A DNA stretch of 64,000 bases from an uncultured Gammaproteobacteria bacterium (GTDB taxonomy: Bacteria > Patescibacteriota > Microgenomatia > Levybacterales > UBA12049), in NCBI GenBank assembly GCA_964503265.1, contig CAZCYO010000002.1, positions 130,604 to 194,603 on the forward strand, read 5' to 3'. Each line of letters begins with the position of its first letter. Within the stretch, counting starts at the first letter, position 1. The notes under the pieces were generated by a model. That model was given only the letters and a program-made list of their open reading frames with translations, was not told where the DNA came from and did no database searches. Shown here piece by piece: positions 57,550 through 64,000 of the stretch. A program made the translations under genes and the position numbers.

Positions 57550-59525
57550 GATGTTAAATATCCTCCACTTCTTTCTTTTTCCATTTTTTCAACTTCTGCT
57601 GCCGTCACAAGATATTCTGTATCTTCATCAAATGCTCGAATAGTAAAACATGTTAGAGCACCGATCAGACTGACCACAGCAAGCCAGATAATATGCCAAA
57701 CAAACGCAAACCCAATAAGAAAGACAAAACACGAAATATAGATACCAATTGGTGTATTTTTAGGCATATGGAAATCTGTATACACTGGTGGATTTACTCC
57801 TTTTGATTTCTTCATATCCCAGAACGGCTCATTACTAGTTACTTCTGGAATAACTGCGAAGTTATAAAACGGTGGCGGAGACGATGTCGCCCATTCAAGC
57901 GTGCGGCCATTCCAGGGATCTCCTGTGCTATCGCGAAGTGCTTTTCTATTTCGGATACTTACGATGATTTGTACTACTTGAAGAGTTGCACCAAGCATAA
58001 TAATAACACTTCCTATCGCTGCAATAATAAATAACGGTTGCCATGACGGATCTGTGTAGTGATCAAGTCTTCTCGTCGCGCCCATCATCCCAAGTATGTA
58101 GAGTGGAATAAACGAGACAAAAAATCCAATTAACCAACACCAAAATGCATATTTCCCAAGCTGTTCATCGAGGGTAAATCCCGCAATTTTAGGGAACCAG
58201 TAACTAAATCCGGCAAAGATACCAAATAATGCACCACCTATCACCATCGTATGAAAATGTGCGACTAAAAATAACGAATTATGTACTTGAAAATCAATAC
58301 CGGGAATCCCCATCATCACACCAGTCATACCACCTAAGGTAAATGTCCCGATAAAGCCAAGGAACCAATAAATCGGAGTTTTTAAGATAATCTTCCCTCT
58401 AAAAAGAGTTGATACCCAGTTAAATACCTGTACTCCTGTCGGGATTGCAATAAATTCAGTCATAATTCCAAAGAATGCATTTACATTCGCCCCTGCTCCC
58501 ATGGTAAAGAAATGATGAAGCCATACAAAAACAGATAGCAACATCACAGATCCTGACGCAAGAATAGATGAAAGGTAGCCAAAGAACTTCTTCTGAGAAA
58601 ACGCTGTAACCACTTCTGACCAAATCCCAAATACCGGTAGAATGAGGACGTAAATCTCAGGATGTCCCCATGTCCAGATAAGATTTACATACATCATTGG
58701 GTTTCCCCCATGACTCGTGGTAAAAAAATGCATCCCAAAGTAGCGATCTAAAAATAGAAGAATAGTCGTCGCAGTGAGTACCGGAAAAATCGAGATTACT
58801 AAAATCATGCTAAATAATGATGTCCACACAAAAATCGGCATTCGCATAAGTGTCATGCCTGGTGCACGCATTTTAATAATCGTTGCAATCAGATTAATAC
58901 CACCAAGCAGTGTTCCAAGCCCTGAAACCTGCAGACTCCAAATCCAGTAATCGACGCCAACCCCTGGACTATACTGAATTTCAGATAACGGCGCGATAGC
59001 AAGCCATCCTGCAGCAGAAAATTCTCCTCCTACTGCAAAAAAGAGATTTATAAGAATAGCACCTGCTACATATAACCAAAACCCAAGTGTATTAAGAAGT
59101 GGAAATGCCACATCACGAGCACCAATTTGAAGCGGAACGATTATATTTAAAAAGCCAGATAAAAATCCCATGGTCACAAAAAATACCATGATATTTCCAT
59201 GAGCGGTAAAAATTTGTTGAAAATGATCCGCATTCAAATAGCCACTAGATGAACCTACGGCAACTGCTTGTTGGAGCCATATCATAACCGCATCAAGTCC
59301 ACCACGTGCAAACATGAGAAAAGCGACGATCATATACATGAGGCCTATTTTCTTCGGATCGACAGAGGTTAACCAGTCATTCCATAGCCATTTCCATAAC
59401 TTTTTTTTAGTTATGAAAACAGCGAGTGCGATACCCATCAATGTTATAAAAATTGTTCCACCAATAGTAAACCATTCATGAGGAAGTGCAGCGAGTGTTA
59501 GTTTTCCAAAAATAAATTCTTGCAT
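57546..59525 (-). CDS. cyoB: cytochrome o ubiquinol oxidase subunit I (heme-copper oxidase)
   Basis: 659 aa with canonical His ligands and the GHPEVY-type motif (WGHPEIYVLILP). Confidence 0.9.
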   Translation of the reverse strand: MQEFIFGKLTLAALPHEWFTIGGTIFITLMGIALAVFITKKKLWKWLWNDWLTSVDPKKIGLMYMIVAFLMFARGGLDAVMIWLQQAVAVGSSSGYLNADHFQQIFTAHGNIMVFFVTMGFLSGFLNIIVPLQIGARDVAFPLLNTLGFWLYVAGAILINLFFAVGGEFSAAGWLAIAPLSEIQYSPGVGVDYWIWSLQVSGLGTLLGGINLIATIIKMRAPGMTLMRMPIFVWTSLFSMILVISIFPVLTATTILLFLDRYFGMHFFTTSHGGNPMMYVNLIWTWGHPEIYVLILPVFGIWSEVVTAFSQKKFFGYLSSILASGSVMLLSVFVWLHHFFTMGAGANVNAFFGIMTEFIAIPTGVQVFNWVSTLFRGKIILKTPIYWFLGFIGTFTLGGMTGVMMGIPGIDFQVHNSLFLVAHFHTMVIGGALFGIFAGFSYWFPKIAGFTLDEQLGKYAFWCWLIGFFVSFIPLYILGMMGATRRLDHYTDPSWQPLFIIAAIGSVIIMLGATLQVVQIIVSIRNRKALRDSTGDPWNGRTLEWATSSPPPFYNFAVIPEVTSNEPFWDMKKSKGVNPPVYTDFHMPKNTPIGIYISCFVFLIGFAFVWHIIWLAVVSLIGALTCFTIRAFDEDTEYLVTAAEVEKMEKERSGGYLTS

Positions 59526-59526
59526 A

Positions 59527-60399
59527 TTACATATTCATATCTGAAGAATGCATATATTTCGTGACAATATCATTATACAGATTCTGACTCACAGGTGCAT
59601 AAAAAGCAGCTTTATTTTTCTCACTTGGTTTGGCTAATATGTCATATGTTTCGTGATCAAGCGTAAATGAAGATTGCTTCACTTTTTCAACCCAGCGAGC
59701 AAATTCTTCATCAGACAGGGAGTGAGCAGTAAATTTCATATCAGCAAATCCTATCCCGCTAATTTCGGCTGTCGATCCGGCAAATTCGCCTGTTTTATCT
59801 GCCATAAGATGTAACTTCGTTACCATCCCTGACATCGCGTACATTTGTCCACCCAGACGAGGAATCCAAAATGAGTTCATCGGCGCATCGGCCGTCAATT
59901 CAAATGTGACTGGTGTTTTTTCTGGAAATGCGACAACATTTACTGTCGCGATATGTTGTTCAGGGTAAATAAATAACCATTTCCATTGCAAGGCAACGAC
60001 TTGGATACGAATTGGTGTTACGGCTGAGGAAAGTGGTTTATATGGATCAAGCGCATGAGTGCTTTGCCAAGTAATGATGGCCAAGATAAAAATAATCATA
60101 CTTGGCAGTACCCACCATAATAAAAGCATGGAGCGACTCCCTACATGATCTGGTTTATAGACTGCTTTCGTGTTTGATTCTCTATATCTCCATACTATAA
60201 TGAATGTCGTCACGATAACTGTTCCAATAACAGTTATACCAAGTGCAAATACGAGTACGAGCAGTGCATATTCTTTTTGGGCGACGATACCAGCAGGATT
60301 GAGGAGTGGAAAACTAAACGTGTGAGCGGTAATCCAAGCTAACGCACAAAGATCAATAATAACTAAGGAAATAATAAGTGGCAGTGCTAGTTTCCTCAT
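59527..60399 (-). CDS. cyoA: ubiquinol oxidase subunit II (no CuA-site Cys/His cluster)
   Basis: Two N-terminal TM helices plus cupredoxin-like domain lacking the CxExCG CuA motif, consistent with quinol oxidase. Confidence 0.75.
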   Translation of the reverse strand: MRKLALPLIISLVIIDLCALAWITAHTFSFPLLNPAGIVAQKEYALLVLVFALGITVIGTVIVTTFIIVWRYRESNTKAVYKPDHVGSRSMLLLWWVLPSMIIFILAIITWQSTHALDPYKPLSSAVTPIRIQVVALQWKWLFIYPEQHIATVNVVAFPEKTPVTFELTADAPMNSFWIPRLGGQMYAMSGMVTKLHLMADKTGEFAGSTAEISGIGFADMKFTAHSLSDEEFARWVEKVKQSSFTLDHETYDILAKPSEKNKAAFYAPVSQNLYNDIVTKYMHSSDMNM

Positions 60400-60561
60400 G
60401 TTTTTCTTTCTAATCTAAGTATACAAGTAAACGAACGCTATTTCTATGAGAAAATAGAACTGCCTTATCGTACTCACCTCATTCTGTGTGTTTTCAGTAA
60501 CATAATCTCCTTTATAAGGTGCACTCATCGATACCATTCCACTGTTACTCGCATGTGTCTC

Positions 60562-60927
60562 TTACATCTCAGCTTTTTCTGCATCTTCTTTAGTGACATG
60601 AATCGTACCATCTGGATGTGCTGGTGGAGCATAAACGGTGAAGAGTTTGACTGCATCTGATCCAATATTACGAATATTGTGCAGCGTTCCTGCTGGAATA
60701 AAAACTAAATGGTGTTCGTCGACTACTTTTTTTTCACCATTTTGAACCGCTTCGACTTCTCCTTCAACGATAAAAATGAGCTGATCTGTCACTGGATGAA
60801 CTTCTTCACCAATATCTTCACCTACTGGAATACTCATAGCGACTACCTGACTATGCGCTCCTGTATAAAGAACAGTTCGAAAATTAGTATTACTTTTGGT
60901 TAGTTTTTTGATGTCTTCTGCATACAT
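60562..60927 (-). CDS. cupin-domain protein
   Basis: ...GEEVHPVTDQLIFIVEGE...HHLVFIPAGTLHNIRN... two-motif cupin signature. Confidence 0.75.
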   Translation of the reverse strand: MYAEDIKKLTKSNTNFRTVLYTGAHSQVVAMSIPVGEDIGEEVHPVTDQLIFIVEGEVEAVQNGEKKVVDEHHLVFIPAGTLHNIRNIGSDAVKLFTVYAPPAHPDGTIHVTKEDAEKAEM

Positions 60928-61363
60928 AGTTCCTCCTTTCTATCTTAGACCTGGACTCATCAAAACATTTTCCCAGGCTTCAACAAATAACTTAATATGA
61001 TTGATGACATCTCTAATAAAATTTTTCATATGTTTATTTTGAGTCGTCGAGGAGTTGGACCTCGGTCTGCCTTTTTTTTCTACATCCTAAGGCAATTCTG
61101 CTAGTTAAACTAACGACTCTTTGACGCCCGGGAGGATTCACAATACCTCAATTCATCTCTTATCTGAGTGTGCTCTAACATTTGACCCCGATTACATCTG
61201 GGTTGAGTTACGGGCGTGTGTTGGTAAAGTACACTGTGAGGATATACCTTTACCTAAACTTATGCAGTGATTTCTATCATCATTGCTACGTGACACGTAT
61301 CACATATCAACATAGCTCAGTGGATAATGACTAAACAGAAGTAATTAATAGAAATTGTATTTT

Positions 61364-61813
61364 TTATTCATACCACTGACGATTATGAATATGTTCTTTA
61401 TCATCTATGTGAGGAAAATAGGTAATAAGTATAAATACTAATACTAAAGAAATAATACCTAATCCAAAATAGATGCTCTGTAACCATAACGTTTTTAGAA
61501 TGATAGAAAGTTCAACAAAAATCCAAATAAGTAACCCAAAGCTTGCAATTGCGGACGCCTCGTATTTATGTGATTTTTTCATCACCATCAAATAACTTGC
61601 AAATAGTTGTGTTCCCCCAACAATACAGATAAGAATAACTGCTGGAACAAAAAAAGAAGGAAACGGAGAATTATGTAAAAATGCACTCGACATCCCGAGG
61701 CCATTTGTTAACAGTAATTGTAGCCCGCCAAAAATAGCTGTACTCGCGATAAAACCATGAATTAGTAACAAAAGTGAGTGAGTTGTATGTGCAAGAAGTT
61801 TGGATTGTTCCAT
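61364..61813 (-). CDS. hypothetical integral membrane protein
   Basis: 149 aa with four TM helices. Confidence 0.4.
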   Translation of the reverse strand: MEQSKLLAHTTHSLLLLIHGFIASTAIFGGLQLLLTNGLGMSSAFLHNSPFPSFFVPAVILICIVGGTQLFASYLMVMKKSHKYEASAIASFGLLIWIFVELSIILKTLWLQSIYFGLGIISLVLVFILITYFPHIDDKEHIHNRQWYE

Positions 61814-61882
61814 AAGGTAGTTACGCTCCTTGTAGACTACACGTTATGAAATGGTAACTCAGTGATATTACTCACACATAGC

Positions 61883-62527
61883 CTAAACCCCATCACTTAA
61901 TTCTGCTTCTAATTTCTTAAGATCTGGAATAACTAATGTATTTCTACTAAATAGTAATATTCCTTTTTCTTTTAAGATTTTCATTTCTCGACTAACTGTC
62001 TCTCTCGTCATACCTGCTTGAGCTGCAAGTTCTTTTTCAGAGACTGTCACTTCAATTTCTTTATCACCAGTGCCAAATCGTTTCGCATAAATAAGAAGCT
62101 CAGCGAGTAATCTTCCATATGCATCACCAGACATGAGATACGACATTCTCGTGAGCATTCCTTCTGTTCCACGATATACTCTACTTAATAAGTTGTATAA
62201 TACATCTGGATTATTTTTAATAAACCGTACAACATCAGCAGGTGGTGCTTTATATACATCCACTTCATCTACTGCCTCAAAGAAAAATTTATTAGGAGTC
62301 GTATTTATCGCCCACGACATAGGGAAAAATGATACGGGCTTATAGATATTAAGGACAAGCTCATCACCTTTTTTGGAAATCACATACTGTTTAACATATC
62401 CTTTTTTCAAATAAAATACTCCCCCGGGAGCATCCTCTGCACGTATCAAAAGATCTCCTTTTTTATAGTGTTGCTTTTTATACTTCGCGAAAAAATCATC
62501 AACCTTTTTAGCAATTACATCATCCAT
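61883..62527 (-). CDS. Crp/Fnr-family transcriptional regulator
   Basis: cNMP-binding-like beta-barrel and C-terminal HTH (...TRETVSREMKILKEKGIL...). Confidence 0.8.
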   Translation of the reverse strand: MDDVIAKKVDDFFAKYKKQHYKKGDLLIRAEDAPGGVFYLKKGYVKQYVISKKGDELVLNIYKPVSFFPMSWAINTTPNKFFFEAVDEVDVYKAPPADVVRFIKNNPDVLYNLLSRVYRGTEGMLTRMSYLMSGDAYGRLLAELLIYAKRFGTGDKEIEVTVSEKELAAQAGMTRETVSREMKILKEKGILLFSRNTLVIPDLKKLEAELSDGV

Positions 62528-62596
62528 AGCGAGATTATACTCTTAAGTGTGATCGTAATCAAAGTTACATTAGTATGTCTATGCTACACTAGGTAT

Positions 62597-63307
62597 ATGA
62601 AAACTCACGATACTCAGGAACCACATCTTCCAAGCACTACTGCGAAGCTTAATTGGCTTCGTGCGTCAGTACTCGGTGCCAATGATGGCATCGTATCAAT
62701 TGCTGGACTTGTCGTCGGAGTCGCTGGTGCGACAAATTCATCTGGGATTATTGTCGCAACTGGAATTGCTGGTATTATCGCTGGGGCAATTTCGATGGCT
62801 GCTGGTGAATATGTATCTGTGAGTAGTTCTCGAGATACGGAAAAAGCATTACTTCGTAAAGAAAAGTTTGAACTTGATAATTTCCCTGAGGCGGAACTGG
62901 CTGAGCTCATCATGATTTATGAGCGAAAAGGGTTATCTGAAAAAACCGCAACCATAGTCGCAAAAGAATTAACAGAAAAAGACGCATTTAAAGCACACGT
63001 CGACGCAGAACTTAATATCGACCCAGATAATTTAACGAACCCCTGGCACGCTGCTATGGCATCAGCAATCGCATTCTTTCTGGGGGCACTGATCCCTATG
63101 GTAGCAATTGTTCTTCCCCCTGATTCAGTTCGCGTACCATTCACATTCGGAGCAGTCATCGTAGCACTCATGATAACAGGATATGTCAGTGCGAAAATCG
63201 GTGGAGCGCATGTGACACAAGCAGTAATCAGAGTAGTAGCAGGAGGAGCACTCGCCATGGCGATTACCTATGGAGTTGGGAAACTTTTTGGCGTTTCGGG
63301 ATTATAG
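62597..63307 (+). CDS. VIT1/CCC1-family membrane protein (putative iron/manganese transporter)
   Basis: ...LNWLRASVLGANDGIVSIAGLVVGVAGA... VIT-family pattern; start placed at Met 62597 to avoid a 5' extension overlapping the Crp/Fnr gene. Confidence 0.7.
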   Translation: MKTHDTQEPHLPSTTAKLNWLRASVLGANDGIVSIAGLVVGVAGATNSSGIIVATGIAGIIAGAISMAAGEYVSVSSSRDTEKALLRKEKFELDNFPEAELAELIMIYERKGLSEKTATIVAKELTEKDAFKAHVDAELNIDPDNLTNPWHAAMASAIAFFLGALIPMVAIVLPPDSVRVPFTFGAVIVALMITGYVSAKIGGAHVTQAVIRVVAGGALAMAITYGVGKLFGVSGL

Positions 63308-63312
63308 AAAAA

Positions 63313-63726
63313 TTACTTTTTCTTCCCTGTATAAACTACCTCAAAAAGAATTTCGTCTGGTGTGTGGAACATGACTTGGTAGTATGTGTTTTCTCCATCT
63401 GAAAATTCCGCACGGTGACGAGGTGTTTCAAAAAGAGCAGGAATGTTTCGTTCTTTTAGATATGCAACAACTGCATCGACGTCTTCTTGTTCAGTGACTC
63501 CAATTCCCACATGATTCATCCCGATTAAATCATAATTCTGCTTTTCTTTATGTTCAGTATGAGAAAACCAAATACTTCCTTCAGTCTCCCCACCACCAAA
63601 TCCAAACCCTGCGAACTTATCATCACTATAGATTTCTTTCCATCCTAAAAACCCAAGAAATTCTTTATAAAATGAAATATTTTTAAAATCAATAACAATC
63701 TGAATATGTGAAAGAGAAGATTTCAT
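63313..63726 (-). CDS. VOC-family (glyoxalase-like) protein
   Basis: ...HIQIVIDFKNISFYKEFLGF...MNHVGIGV... VOC pattern. Confidence 0.65.
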   Translation of the reverse strand: MKSSLSHIQIVIDFKNISFYKEFLGFLGWKEIYSDDKFAGFGFGGGETEGSIWFSHTEHKEKQNYDLIGMNHVGIGVTEQEDVDAVVAYLKERNIPALFETPRHRAEFSDGENTYYQVMFHTPDEILFEVVYTGKKK

Positions 63727-63767
63727 AGTATGAGTATACAAAACAGACTAGTTTGGTACAATGATAT

Positions 63768-64000
63768 TCTGTGGATGGGATTACTACAATTATTTTTGAT
63801 TTCGGAGGCGTGATCGGATCGGATGCAAATAGCTGGACGAAGGATAACGATGTCGTTAATACAACTGGCTTAAGTATCGAAGAGATTGACACAGTATACT
63901 TCCAGCATTGGGATAAATTAAAAATAGGAAAAGAAGATTTACAGGAATTCTTTGAAGACATACAAAAGAAAAGTAAACATGCGGTAACAATAGATGAACT
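63768..64000 (+). CDS. HAD-superfamily hydrolase-like protein, 3'-truncated at window edge
   Basis: Open frame to window end; motif-I-like TIIFDFGGVIGSD. Start codon (GTG?) uncertain. Confidence 0.3.

Noticed and set aside
1-64000. CRISPR arrays, rRNA genes, IS elements/transposases, integrases
   Set aside because: None recognised: no regularly spaced short repeats, no transposase or integrase-like ORFs.

Overview
This is a low-GC (roughly 35-40% by eye) bacterial chromosomal window of compact housekeeping genes, read in the standard code with long intact ORFs. Recognisable genes, in order: a 5'-truncated GH37 trehalase, yebC, a RluA-family pseudouridine synthase, a Lgt-like membrane protein, an MFS transporter, efp, a NIF3-family protein, tRNA-Leu(CAA), the minus-strand cluster dnaB / two secreted proteins (one metallopeptidase-like) / murF / ddl, an M24 aminopeptidase, a hisG-hisE-hisS operon preceded by a consensus sigma70 promoter and an apparent His T-box leader, an EamA transporter, an ECF sigma factor, rpmE, prfA, a four-helix-bundle ('23S rRNA IVS protein') gene, a DnaQ-exonuclease/GIY-YIG fusion, htrA, ctpA, rpsF-ssb-rpsR, an NlpC/P60 peptidase, ychF, an L-lactate permease, a FAD-linked oxidase, and a complete cytochrome bo3 quinol oxidase operon (cyoABCDE) with neighbouring cupin, Crp/Fnr, VIT-family and VOC-family genes. 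No CRISPR array, rRNA, transposase or integrase was recognised. Structures not explained by ordinary annotation: (1) a tightly coupled three-gene cassette of N-terminal zinc-ribbon proteins (YbjN-like, TPR, and DUF4234-like membrane region plus trypsin-like protease), bracketed by an exact 36-bp direct repeat that duplicates the 5' end of ychF; (2) a ~160-nt conserved 5' leader present in two near-identical copies 14 kb apart, each abutting the start codon of an unrelated gene (a His-rich small membrane protein and a VOC/glyoxalase protein), with an internal repeated SD-containing module; (3) a ~0.9-kb GC-rich two-gene islet beside tRNA-Leu, flanked by two 6-5-6 palindromes TCCCGA-N5-TCGGGA; (4) the four-helix-bundle gene bracketed by 7-2-7 palindromes TCGATAC-NN-GTATCGA; (5) a 1.1-kb non-coding, pyrimidine-skewed gap. 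Products are inferred from motif recognition by eye; no database search was run.
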